DNA of 47,142 nt. It comes from a virus. Taxonomy: Duplodnaviria > Caudoviricetes. The DNA is taken from IMG/VR virus record IMGVR_UViG_3300049192_000034, positions 1 to 47,142 of that record; one strand, written 5' to 3'. Of the stretch, positions 16,371 to 24,777 are shown one piece after another. The number at the start of each line of letters is the position of its first letter. Positions within the stretch are counted from its first letter, which is position 1. The position numbers and the translations under genes were made by a program. The notes below the pieces were generated by a model. That model worked only from the letters and a program-made list of their open reading frames with translations, was not told the DNA's origin and made no database searches.

Positions 16371-17343
16371 CCCCCTCTCCGCCGCCCTCCAGGCACTCAC
16401 CCTCCCAGACCCGTACGCACTGGCCCGCGCGCAGGCAATGGTCATCGGGTACCACACGGTCTGGGAGACTGAGGACGTAGAGGTCATCGCAGTCGAACGC
16501 GAGTTCGTGGCCCCCCTCATCCACCCAGACGGCACCGAAGACCCCGAGTGGCTCCTAAGCGGCAAGATCGATCTGGTCGCCCGCTGGAACGGAATCCTCA
16601 CAGGCTTCGACCACAAGACCTCAAGCGAGTCCCCCTCATCGTTCCGCACCCGTCTCGGCATGAACGCCCAGGCCACGCAGTACATGGAAGGGGCGGGGTC
16701 GCTCGGGTTCGACCTCCAGAGGTTCGTGTTTGACGTGCTGTTCAAGCCGGCGCTCGACCCGTACGAAGCCACCCCGCCGGAGCAGCGAAAGTATCGCAAG
16801 GGCGACGGACAGCTGTACGCCACCCAGCGTGCGGAGGACGAGCGCCCAGAGGACTACCGAGCGCGCATCTGCCAGGCGATCGAAGAGAGCCCCGAGAAGC
16901 TGTTCCAGAGAATGGAAGTGCTACGTCTCGCGTCAGAGCGTGAGGCATACCGCGCGACCCTGTCCAAGGACTCTATTCTGATGGACACCGTGCGCCAGTA
17001 CGAGCTGCACGCGCCGAACGAGAACGCTTGTTTCGGATACGGGCGGAACTGCGAGTTCCTGCCTGTATGTCTCGGGCAAGCGTCGCTCGACGATGTGACG
17101 CTATACCGCCGCAAGGCATCAATACACGAGGAGTTGGAGGCCAGTATCCCAGCCGGCCGCAGGCTCCTCACAAACAGCAGGCGCCAGTGCTTCAACCGAT
17201 GTCGTCGGCTCCATCACTTCCAGTACGAGCAGGGCTATCGGGCGGTCTCGGGCGACACGAATACGACGTTCGGCACCGCGGTGCACAAGGCAATCGAAGC
17301 GATGTGGAAAGCGTGGCCGCGACAGGCCAAGGAGGCAGCGTGA
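16360..17343 (+). CDS. PD-(D/E)XK (Cas4/AddB-like) exonuclease, circularly permuted
   Basis: VERE, GKIDLV, DHKT, QATQY and C..C..C are followed by the normally N-terminal S..F..C..Y..FGTAVH..E block. Confidence 0.85.
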   Translation: MSANPLSAALQALTLPDPYALARAQAMVIGYHTVWETEDVEVIAVEREFVAPLIHPDGTEDPEWLLSGKIDLVARWNGILTGFDHKTSSESPSSFRTRLGMNAQATQYMEGAGSLGFDLQRFVFDVLFKPALDPYEATPPEQRKYRKGDGQLYATQRAEDERPEDYRARICQAIEESPEKLFQRMEVLRLASEREAYRATLSKDSILMDTVRQYELHAPNENACFGYGRNCEFLPVCLGQASLDDVTLYRRKASIHEELEASIPAGRRLLTNSRRQCFNRCRRLHHFQYEQGYRAVSGDTNTTFGTAVHKAIEAMWKAWPRQAKEAA

Positions 17344-17344
17344 T

Positions 17345-18289
17345 ATGGCAGCCGTAGCGGTTGTGAAGCCTGGGGGCGGACTGCTCGCCAGCGTGACGCG
17401 GGGACGCATCGAGAACCCGCCCAGACTGTTCGTCTACAGCCTGCCGAAGGTCGGCAAGTCCGGTCTCGCGGCCGGCGCACCAAAGCCCCTGTTCCTCTGC
17501 TCGGAGCAGGGGACGGAGCAATACGACGTCGCTCGGTTCGTCATTCGTGACTGGGCCACCCTGCTCGGCGCGGTCGACGAACTGATCGCCTCCCCGCACG
17601 ACTATCAGACGCTCGTCCTCGACACGCTGGACTGGTTCGAGGCGGTGCTGCATGAGCACATCATCGCCATCAGCCCGGCGAGCAAGTCCGGCAAGAAGCC
17701 GACGAGCATCGTGACCGCGTTCGACGGCTACGGTGCGGGCTATAAGAAGGCGGTCGAAGAGTTCCGTGGACTCGCGGCGAGGCTCGATACGCTGAACAAC
17801 AAGCGCCGCATGAGCATCTGCTTGCTCGCCCACGCGCACGTAAAGAAGTTCAACGACCCCGCCTCGGAGGGTTGGGACCAGTACAAGCCGAAGATGCACG
17901 AGCTCGCTTCCGGGTTTTGGAAGGAATGGGCGGACGGTATCCTGTATCTCGCGCTTGACGTCGCCACGCACACGACGGACGACGGAGACGTGCGGGCAGT
18001 GACGACGGGCGAGCGGTTCATTTACACACAGCCTCCGCGGACTGCCATCTACGACGCGGGCACTCGGTGGGCGCTCCCTGAGCGGATGCCTATCCGATGG
18101 TCTGCGCTGGAGGAGGCTATCAAGCAGTCCGACGCGCTCCGAAACGAGTTCGCCGCGCTGGTCCCCAAGCTGCCCGCAGACAAGCGAGCGCCTGCACAAG
18201 ATCGGGCCCGTGAGGCCAAGGATTACGACACCCTCAAGGGCATCGTCGACTATGCAAAGACTCTGGTGAGTGAGGAGAAGGGCAAATGA
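17345..18289 (+). CDS. Sak4-like (AAA_24) recombination ATPase
   Basis: YSLPKVGKS Walker A; LVLDTLD Walker B; GYGAGY; LLAH. Confidence 0.85.
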   Translation: MAAVAVVKPGGGLLASVTRGRIENPPRLFVYSLPKVGKSGLAAGAPKPLFLCSEQGTEQYDVARFVIRDWATLLGAVDELIASPHDYQTLVLDTLDWFEAVLHEHIIAISPASKSGKKPTSIVTAFDGYGAGYKKAVEEFRGLAARLDTLNNKRRMSICLLAHAHVKKFNDPASEGWDQYKPKMHELASGFWKEWADGILYLALDVATHTTDDGDVRAVTTGERFIYTQPPRTAIYDAGTRWALPERMPIRWSALEEAIKQSDALRNEFAALVPKLPADKRAPAQDRAREAKDYDTLKGIVDYAKTLVSEEKGK

Positions 18290-18756
18290 GCACACTTCCG
18301 GTTGGCCGTCATATCTGCGTCGCAGACGCAGGCACGTACTCGCTCGGTGAGCTGCCGAACGAAAAGAAGACCCCGTATGCGGAGGTAATGTTCCGCTGCG
18401 TGCAGGGGGAGTTCGAGGGCCAGACGCACTGGTTCAAGGGCTTCCTCTCGGAGGCTGCGATCAAGTTCACGCTGCAGAAGCTCCGCACCGCGGGTGCCGA
18501 GTTCCCTGGAGGCGACATTACCGATGGTGCTGGCCTCGGGAGTGTGGAGGTGGAGATCGTGGTCCGGCAGCAGAAGGACAGCTCGTACACCGAGATTGCG
18601 TTCGTGAACGACCCGAACGCCAAGCCGGAAGCGAAGGCCATGGACCCCGGCAAGAAGGCCGATTTCCGCGATCGTTTCCGTGGCGCGGTGCTTTCGCTCG
18701 CAGCGCCCACGCAGGCACCGAAGGCCACCGGTACGGGCGGGAAGATTCCCTTCTAG
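18286..18756 (+). CDS. SSB-like (DUF669-type) protein
   Basis: Follows the Sak4-like gene; beta-rich; C-terminal IPF. Confidence 0.65.
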   Translation: MSTLPVGRHICVADAGTYSLGELPNEKKTPYAEVMFRCVQGEFEGQTHWFKGFLSEAAIKFTLQKLRTAGAEFPGGDITDGAGLGSVEVEIVVRQQKDSSYTEIAFVNDPNAKPEAKAMDPGKKADFRDRFRGAVLSLAAPTQAPKATGTGGKIPF

Positions 18757-18906
18757 AGCTTACGCGCCAGCCGCGGCAGGGTTTGCATGCCCTCGCTCTC
18801 ATGCACGGATAACGCCCCGAGCGTGCCACTGCGTGATTAACGGATCTTGAGAAGCAATCGAACGCCGGAGCGCTAGGCGTGACCGCAGGGAGAGACCTGC
18901 GTCTCC

Positions 18907-19002
18907 GGGACGCGTCGTCCAACAAAGGCGCTTAGACGTCACGCCGTTGGTAAGACGCCGGCCAGGCTGCCGGAAATGCGGGTTCGAGTCCCGCCGCGTC
19001 CC
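18907..19002 (+). ncRNA. tRNA-like RNA (non-canonical D-loop and anticodon loop)
   Basis: Acceptor GGGACGCG/CGCGTCCC; T-arm GCGGG-TTCGAGT-CCCGC; stem CCGGC/GCCGG with a 6-nt loop. Confidence 0.7.
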
Positions 19003-19034
19003 CAAAATCACCCGCACACGAGCGAGGTATCACA

Positions 19035-19313
19035 GTGGCATTCGAAGATCTGCACGAGGGGATTCTGGAGGAGTTTGCTGAGAGAGCGTGCCGGGACGAG
19101 TCCGAACTACTGAGGAGCAGAGACGGCGCGTTCGAGTTCAACAGCGGCATGTCGGTCAAGTCGTCCGACTGGCGGACGGACTATCCAGAGGCGGCGGCGA
19201 GAGACAAGGATCGCGACAAGCAGCGTAAGAACCGGTACGCCACGGACCCCGCATACCGAGAGCGGGTCAAAGCTGCTGCGCTGGCCAGGTATCACGCCAA
19301 ACGTGCCGCATGA
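19035..19313 (+). CDS. Hypothetical protein with basic C-terminus
   Basis: GAGG RBS; RYATDPAYRER motif. Confidence 0.65.
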   Translation: MAFEDLHEGILEEFAERACRDESELLRSRDGAFEFNSGMSVKSSDWRTDYPEAAARDKDRDKQRKNRYATDPAYRERVKAAALARYHAKRAA

Positions 19314-19525
19314 GCCGCCCCCGCAAGCGCTGCCCCCACGGCTCCACGTATCCATACGACGATTGCCGCGAGTGCCTGCCGAACGGCGAGAACGTTAGAG
19401 CGGTCGTCAGACGCAGAGGGGCGTTATCGCTGCAGGAAGCTGCCCCGTACTTCCACGTGACGCATCAGGGCGTCTTCGTCACAGAGCGCCGCGCACTCAA
19501 GAAGCTCCGAGCTGGGGACGAATGA
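19310..19525 (+). CDS. Zn-finger + sigma70 region 4-like HTH protein
   Basis: CPHG..CREC; LQEAA..VT..ERRALKKLR. Confidence 0.65.
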   Translation: MSRPRKRCPHGSTYPYDDCRECLPNGENVRAVVRRRGALSLQEAAPYFHVTHQGVFVTERRALKKLRAGDE

Positions 19526-19986
19526 CCCCGGGCGCGCGGTACGGGAAGCTGACGCTCATCGAACGCGTGCCGAGGAGTCGTAAGTCCTGGTTTCAGTGTG
19601 ACTGCGGCAAGCGCAAACTGACGTGGACCGGCAAGGTCAAATGCGGGCACATCAAGAGCTGCGGCTGTGGGCCTCGGGGGGCAGCCGTAGCCCCCAGATT
19701 CGGCCCACGACCGAAGGTTAAGCCGATACCCGTGCAGCAGTGTCTGCCCGAGATCGACGAGCCTCAGGTACAGGGCAAGCCGAACTGCCCGCACGGCAGA
19801 CGGTGGCCTTACAACACGTGTCGGAAGTGCATGCCCGACGGGGTGCACGTTCTGAAGCTCGTACGGGAGAAGCCGGAGGGCTACGAGCTGGCGGAGATCG
19901 GCAAGATGCTCGGCGTCAGTAAGTCGAGAATCGACCAGATACTGCAGCAAGCGCTTGCGAAGCTGCAGGGGAAGGAGTGGGAGTGA
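19522..19986 (+). CDS. Zn-finger + sigma70 region 4-like HTH protein with HNH/AP2-endonuclease-like N-terminus
   Basis: GARYGKLT..CDCG..SCGC; CPHG..CRKC; LAEIGKMLGVSKSRIDQI..ALAKL. Confidence 0.7.
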   Translation: MTPGARYGKLTLIERVPRSRKSWFQCDCGKRKLTWTGKVKCGHIKSCGCGPRGAAVAPRFGPRPKVKPIPVQQCLPEIDEPQVQGKPNCPHGRRWPYNTCRKCMPDGVHVLKLVREKPEGYELAEIGKMLGVSKSRIDQILQQALAKLQGKEWE

Positions 19987-19988
19987 GT

Positions 19989-20204
19989 ATGGCGACGGTT
20001 CATTTCTTCAAGAAGTCAGGCAAGTGGTACACCGAGGAGGACGTGCCGTGGGTGTCCACAGGCGGCCTGGTCCACGAGGAGTTCTATGAGTCTCTGCGTC
20101 TCCACCTGAGCGGCCGACTGCAGGGCATGACGGCAGTGTGCATCGATCCACCTCACGAACACGGGTGCCCGCTCATGACTCAAGTGCCTGAGGAGGACGA
20201 GTGA
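19989..20204 (+). CDS. Hypothetical protein
   Basis: FFKKSGKWY motif; lies in the operon. Confidence 0.65.
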   Translation: MATVHFFKKSGKWYTEEDVPWVSTGGLVHEEFYESLRLHLSGRLQGMTAVCIDPPHEHGCPLMTQVPEEDE

Positions 20205-20317
20205 TGTTCCAGGGCGCACTAGACCGAGTCAAGGACTATACAATCCTAGCCGTCTGCCTCATCGTCGCATCGGCTGCCGCGATTGCGGTGCTCTCGATGC
20301 TGGAGTCGCTGCTGTGA
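20204..20317 (+). CDS. 37-aa single-TM peptide
   Basis: MFQGALDRVKDYTILAVCLIVASAAAIAVLSMLESLL; AGGAGG RBS; coupled at both ends. Confidence 0.5.
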   Translation: MFQGALDRVKDYTILAVCLIVASAAAIAVLSMLESLL

Positions 20318-20565
20318 CGCCGAAGGATACGCTCTCCTGCTGGTTCGTCCTGCCGCACTACGACCACGGCAACGTGCTCGTGGGCATCCGGAAGAGCGAC
20401 GGCAAGCAGGTGGAGACCTCGCGCGTGGTGTCCGTCGACGGCTGCCTCGCGCGGACGCTTAACAGCGTCTACCGCCTGGGTGACCCGTCGCCCACGTACC
20501 TGGAGTGGCTCCAGGCGCAGGGCTACGCGTACGACCCCGAGCGGCCGATTAGGAGTGTCGGGTGA
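20314..20565 (+). CDS. Hypothetical protein
   Basis: DGKQVETSRVV..RTLNSVYRLG motif; GTGA coupling. Confidence 0.7.
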   Translation: MTPKDTLSCWFVLPHYDHGNVLVGIRKSDGKQVETSRVVSVDGCLARTLNSVYRLGDPSPTYLEWLQAQGYAYDPERPIRSVG

Positions 20566-20804
20566 GCCGCGCCCCCGAAATCCTCGCCCTCCTCTCCGAG
20601 GGCCCGATGACCCTCGACGAGCTCGCCGCCGAGCTATCCCTCCCACGCGCCCAGGTCGAACAGCTCCTCCCCCGTCTCCGAGACCGCGTATGCGCTATCC
20701 GAGTCGAGGGAGTGACGCCGTTGCTCATGCTCACGACGGAGTCAAACGAGGCGTTCTGGAGCGCGAGGGAGCGGGTGATTGAGTGGCAGAGGGGGCAGCC
20801 GTGA
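20562..20804 (+). CDS. Winged-helix HTH protein
   Basis: ILALLSEGPMTLDELAAELSL. Confidence 0.7.
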   Translation: MSRAPEILALLSEGPMTLDELAAELSLPRAQVEQLLPRLRDRVCAIRVEGVTPLLMLTTESNEAFWSARERVIEWQRGQP

Positions 20805-21097
20805 GCGTGGATGTGAAACGACTGCGCGAGCTCGAAGCGAAGGCGACGCCGGGGCCATGGGAACTCCGACGCGACGATGACGAGGGCGGATACATCACCT
20901 ACGACATCGGCGTCGGAGGTCTAACGATTGCGCGCGTTCCCGAAGACACGCGGGACGACGACGAGATCAAGATGGCGGCGCATGACGCACGGCTCGTCGC
21001 CGATATGCGGAACGCCCTGCCGGCGCTGCTCGACGAGTTGGAGTCGTTGCGCTTCAGGCTCTCGATTGCCGAATCCCTGCTGGCGGTGGTCAAGTGA
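20801..21097 (+). CDS. Ead/Ea22-like protein
   Basis: LEAKATPGPW..DARLVA..RNALPALLDELE. Confidence 0.75.
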   Translation: MSVDVKRLRELEAKATPGPWELRRDDDEGGYITYDIGVGGLTIARVPEDTRDDDEIKMAAHDARLVADMRNALPALLDELESLRFRLSIAESLLAVVK

Positions 21098-21291
21098 CCT
21101 CCTGTAACCAACGCCAGTGGTGCTGGTGGCTCGAGAGCAGGCGCGACCTCCGCTGGAACTCCGTCGGCGTCGCCTGGGGCATGGAGGACGCCATGCAACA
21201 GGTCGAGTGTGTGCTGGCTGGGCTCCGTAGGGCACTCGGCAGGGAGCCGTCGGACTTGGAGTGTGGGTCGTTTAGAGCGGTGGACGACTAA
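21094..21291 (+). CDS. Hypothetical protein
   Basis: Last coupled ORF of the rightward operon. Confidence 0.5.
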   Translation: MTSCNQRQWCWWLESRRDLRWNSVGVAWGMEDAMQQVECVLAGLRRALGREPSDLECGSFRAVDD

Positions 21292-21376
21292 AGCCCCCCC
21301 CAGCCGTAAAGCTAGGGGGCCATCGAACACGGGTCTTTGACAACCGCACCCGCGGTCTCATGGGGCCGCGGGGTTG
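21291..21376. terminator. Two hairpins at the convergence of the early and late operons
   Basis: GCCCCC..GGGGGC hairpin (21293-21320) and CCCGCGGTCTC/GGGCCGCGGG hairpin (~21349-21372). Confidence 0.55.
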
Positions 21377-21544
21377 CTAACCTACGCCCCGCTCCACCAT
21401 CGAAGCGCTCCACCAGGCGAGCACCGACTGTTCCTCGTTGGTGAGGAAGCAATCGATCGTCGGTCTGCACATACAGCTGTCGGTGCCGCAGAGGCAGAGG
21501 GCGTCTGCGAGCACGGAGAGGTCAATCGTTAGGTCGTCGAACAC
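21377..21544 (-). CDS. 55-aa Cys-rich hypothetical protein
   Basis: MFDDLTIDLSVLADALCLCGTDSCMC..; GAGGG RBS. Confidence 0.45.
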   Translation of the reverse strand: MFDDLTIDLSVLADALCLCGTDSCMCRPTIDCFLTNEEQSVLAWWSASMVERGVG

Positions 21545-21668
21545 GTTCCCTCACCATCGCCTCAGCGAGTGCCACGGCGGCAGCCTCACGCGCACGCAAC
21601 GTGGACCACGTGCCCGCGTCTGCGTTACGGGCTTTGATGTACTGGGCCAGTGCCTCGGTTACCGACAT
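21522..21668 (-). CDS. 48-aa hypothetical protein
   Basis: MSVTEALAQYIKARNADAG..; overlaps the clpP 3' end. Confidence 0.45.
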   Translation of the reverse strand: MSVTEALAQYIKARNADAGTWSTLRAREAAAVALAEAMVRERVRRPND

Positions 21669-22222
21669 TCGATCGTTACTTTCCGTTGAGCCTGAGTCGT
21701 AATCCGAGGGACGCCGACGTGGTCTGCGAGCCCGTGCCTCACGGCCTCACCCGCACCGAAATACATGTCGACGTTCTGGCGCTTCTGAAGCTCGCGACGC
21801 CAGTACCCACGCCGCTTGCTCGTGTGCTTATCGAGCATGCTGAATAGAGCATCGGTCTCGTTCTGCACCTGCTTGGCCCACACCTGCGTGTCGGCGTTCT
21901 TCTGCATCGGAGCGCGCACGGAGGTATCGTGCACCATCACCTGCGCGTTCGGCCCGACGAACCGATGGCCGCGGGTGCCCGCAGACAGCAGGACGGCCCC
22001 GCAGCTATACGCCGCGCCGAGTGCGACGGTCGCCACGGTGAGCCCCGAGGACTGCATCAGGTCGGCCATTGCCATCAGCACGTGGACGTTGCCGCCGAAC
22101 GAAGCGATATACACGGGCAGCACCGGCTGCTCCTGCTCCCTCGCGAGTTCGATCGCAGCGGCCAGCTTCCGAATCTCATCGTCCTCGAACTCGTGGACCC
22201 AGGCGGATACCAGTTCAACCAT
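21659..22222 (-). CDS. clpP: ClpP-family serine protease
   Basis: ISxGG-like IASFGGNV; AYSCG (Ser); MVHD (His); DMYF..EAVRHGLAD (Asp). Confidence 0.88.
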   Translation of the reverse strand: MVELVSAWVHEFEDDEIRKLAAAIELAREQEQPVLPVYIASFGGNVHVLMAMADLMQSSGLTVATVALGAAYSCGAVLLSAGTRGHRFVGPNAQVMVHDTSVRAPMQKNADTQVWAKQVQNETDALFSMLDKHTSKRRGYWRRELQKRQNVDMYFGAGEAVRHGLADHVGVPRITTQAQRKVTIECR

Positions 22223-22457
22223 CGACGAACCCCGCTCCCTCTAGGTCGCTCCAGCGCATGCGCCATGCGATGGCGAGCACCTGCTTACGCGAGCGCTTCC
22301 TGCCGCGGATCTCCCAGCGCCCCTCGTCCAGCTCCTCGGCCCAGAGCCCCGTGCGACCCAGCACCGCGTATGCGGTGCGTGGTCCGATGAGCACGCTGTA
22401 GACGTCGTCCGTGCGTGGCCAGCCGTCCTCGCCCCAGAGTGTATCCGCTTCGGTCAT
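22215..22457 (-). CDS. Hypothetical protein
   Basis: Coupled ORF. Confidence 0.6.
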   Translation of the reverse strand: MTEADTLWGEDGWPRTDDVYSVLIGPRTAYAVLGRTGLWAEELDEGRWEIRGRKRSRKQVLAIAWRMRWSDLEGAGFVDG

Positions 22458-23500
22458 GCGGCCCTCGCGACGGTGCGCTCGCCCGCCTCAAACAACTGCC
22501 CCTCTACGACGCAACGGTAATCGACGATAGGCGTCGGAAGGATGTGCACGTTTCCCGTCGACGGCTCGTGGTAGGCCACGCCGAATGCGAGCTGCCAGGA
22601 CGCAGCCCGCGCACGGTGCGCGTAGTCGATCGCGCTCTTATCTCCGAGCCATCCGAGCTGGATGCCCACGTGAGACGAGCCGAGAATCGTGCTCTTGTAC
22701 TCGCTGCTCAGCCCGTGGGTGTGGCCAATCACCACGTTGCCCTCGAACTCCTGCCTGCTCTTGCGATGCGCGTCCTTGCCGCAGAATCCGACCTCATGAG
22801 TTAGATGGAGTTTTCCTATCGTGAGGTGGTCCTTGTACGGCGTGACGTGCCAGCCCCTCTCGCGAAACCGCACCACGTCCCCAAACTTGAGGAAGTTGTA
22901 CAGGTCGGGCGCGTTCTGGGTCAGGTATCGGTCCCACCGATACTCATGGTTGCCGAGCGTAATATCCAACCGAGACGCCCCGAGGGCAGCCATCTCGTCC
23001 AAGCGCTCGCAGCCCGAAGCGATCTCCGCCTCCAGGTTCGACTTGCGCTCAGGGCTCTTGGGATGGAACGAGATCGCATAGAAATCCCAGAGGTCACCCA
23101 GGTGCACGACGCGGTCAGGGCGGAACGCTTTGCCGGCCTTCATCGCGAGTGCCCACGCGCGCTCGTCATGAAACGGGGCGTGGGTGTCTGGGAGGATGAG
23201 GATGCGTTCGACGCTGAACCCCTGCGGGCGCGAGATGCGGCCCATGACGGCAGGGGGCTCGGCGCAGCGACGCACTACGTCGTCAGCGCTCGGCTTCGTC
23301 GGCAGGCAGGCAGCGATCGGTGCCACTCCAGTGATGTCCTCCACCGTCTGGAAGTGCGCCCGCTCTGCCAACCGGCGGTCCCTCACCGCGGTCCGACAGC
23401 TCTCGGCGGTTCTGCCGATGACGCGGCCGATCTCGTCCCACGAGCGGCCCTCAGCGCGTAGCACCTCCAGATACGCGATCTGGTCCTGAGTCCAGCGCAT
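22454..23500 (-). CDS. HTH-fused metallophosphoesterase
   Basis: WTQDQ..SWDEIGRVIGRT HTH; PDTH, GDLWD, GNHE, GHTH motifs. Confidence 0.88.
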   Translation of the reverse strand: MRWTQDQIAYLEVLRAEGRSWDEIGRVIGRTAESCRTAVRDRRLAERAHFQTVEDITGVAPIAACLPTKPSADDVVRRCAEPPAVMGRISRPQGFSVERILILPDTHAPFHDERAWALAMKAGKAFRPDRVVHLGDLWDFYAISFHPKSPERKSNLEAEIASGCERLDEMAALGASRLDITLGNHEYRWDRYLTQNAPDLYNFLKFGDVVRFRERGWHVTPYKDHLTIGKLHLTHEVGFCGKDAHRKSRQEFEGNVVIGHTHGLSSEYKSTILGSSHVGIQLGWLGDKSAIDYAHRARAASWQLAFGVAYHEPSTGNVHILPTPIVDYRCVVEGQLFEAGERTVARAA

Positions 23501-23772
23501 CAAAGCCCCAACTTCTTCGATAGGAACTGGATAGCCATGCTGGCGCCCCCACCGGCTGCCGCTGCCCACCCGAGGAATTTAGCCTTGCTGAGTTCCAGCA
23601 CACGCACGCGAGCCTCGAGTTCCAGCGCACGCATGCGGGCCTCCGTGTCCTGTTGGCTGACGTGAGACCGCCACTCCTGAAGACTCGCGATTTGCATCAG
23701 CGCTCCCGTCATCTCCTGGCGCACCGCGCGGACGTCGTCCCGAATCTCGCGGAGCAGTTCCATGTCGTTCAT
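23500..23772 (-). CDS. Coiled-coil + C-terminal TM protein (holin-like)
   Basis: Directly after the endolysin; hydrophobic C-terminus. Confidence 0.55.
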   Translation of the reverse strand: MNDMELLREIRDDVRAVRQEMTGALMQIASLQEWRSHVSQQDTEARMRALELEARVRVLELSKAKFLGWAAAAGGGASMAIQFLSKKLGL

Positions 23773-24569
23773 GCGACGCGCTCCAGGTATGCGCGCATCG
23801 CGGCAAGGGTCTTCGGTCCGACTTTGCCATCCACGACGAGCGATGCTCCACGCTCATTGAGCAACCGCTGGATAGCTTCGGCGTCTGACTCGATGCGAGG
23901 AGACGTCCCCGCGCGCATCGTGAGCAGTGCCTTGATATCGCTCTCTTCCGCTTCGTTACGGTCCACGTCCACGGGGATGCCGGGGATGCGTGGCCCGCGA
24001 TTGCCGCTCGTCTGCCAGATATAGTAGCGGCCGTTCCATGGCGAAGGAACGGACGGCTTGGCGAGCGGATAGGCGAGACCGCTCACCGGGTCGACCTTGT
24101 AATGCGCAATCCAGAGCGGCCGACTCGCGAGCGGCGTGCTGTGCACCCCAAGCTCGCGCCAAAACGACGGATACGTGTAGACGATGCAGGGTCGACCGGT
24201 GACCGACTCGATGCGCTCGACGAACTCCTCCGCACGCTCGATGCACTGAGCGACCGGAGCGCCGTGTCGAACCTCGAAATCGATCACGGGCGGCAGCTGG
24301 TCGACCGTGCCGATGATTGCGGCGAACCGGTCCGCTTGCTCGGCCGCCGAGTGTGCCGGCGAAAAGAACCAGTACGCGCCCACCGCGATACCGCTCGCAC
24401 GCGCTTCCGCATTGTTGCGTACGAAGGTGGGGTCTTGATACTTGGCGCCTGCACTGTTGCATCCGCCCGCCTTGCAGATGGCGAACCGCACGCCGTCAGC
24501 GGCAGCCAGACGCCAATCGAATCCGCGCCCCTGCACCGAGGAGACGTCGATACCTTTGATGAGTGCCAC
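23769..24569 (-). CDS. Endolysin, GH25 muramidase with partial PG-binding domain
   Basis: GIDVSSVQG, GAYWF, IDFE, LWIAHY, WQ..VDRN; IQRLL..VDGKVGPKT. Confidence 0.92.
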   Translation of the reverse strand: MALIKGIDVSSVQGRGFDWRLAAADGVRFAICKAGGCNSAGAKYQDPTFVRNNAEARASGIAVGAYWFFSPAHSAAEQADRFAAIIGTVDQLPPVIDFEVRHGAPVAQCIERAEEFVERIESVTGRPCIVYTYPSFWRELGVHSTPLASRPLWIAHYKVDPVSGLAYPLAKPSVPSPWNGRYYIWQTSGNRGPRIPGIPVDVDRNEAEESDIKALLTMRAGTSPRIESDAEAIQRLLNERGASLVVDGKVGPKTLAAMRAYLERVA

Positions 24570-24643
24570 TAGCGAGACTCCCCGGCGAATACGGCCGAAG
24601 CCGTGAGGGCAATGACTAAGATAAGCGTAAGGAAGTCAGTCAT
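24569..24643 (-). CDS. 24-aa hydrophobic peptide
   Basis: MTDFLTLILVIALTASAVFAGESR; coupled at both ends. Confidence 0.4.
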   Translation of the reverse strand: MTDFLTLILVIALTASAVFAGESR

Positions 24644-24777
24644 AGGGACCCGTGACAGTCGTCACACTGCTTACGCGGGCGAGTGAGCCACACGCATGCG
24701 GTGACGGTCAGAGAGAGGCTGACGAGGATCCAAGGGCCCCAGTCGCCGGGGATGTCGAGGACGAATTTAACGATCAC
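24640..24777 (-). CDS. 45-aa single-TM protein
   Basis: MIVKFVLDIPGDWGPWILVSLSLTVTACVWLTRPRKQCDDCHGSL; GGAGG RBS. Confidence 0.5.
   Translation of the reverse strand: MIVKFVLDIPGDWGPWILVSLSLTVTACVWLTRPRKQCDDCHGSL

Noticed and set aside
16360-17343. Cas4-like gene as evidence of CRISPR-Cas
   Set aside because: No repeat-spacer array or other cas genes seen; the context is a Sak4/SSB recombination module
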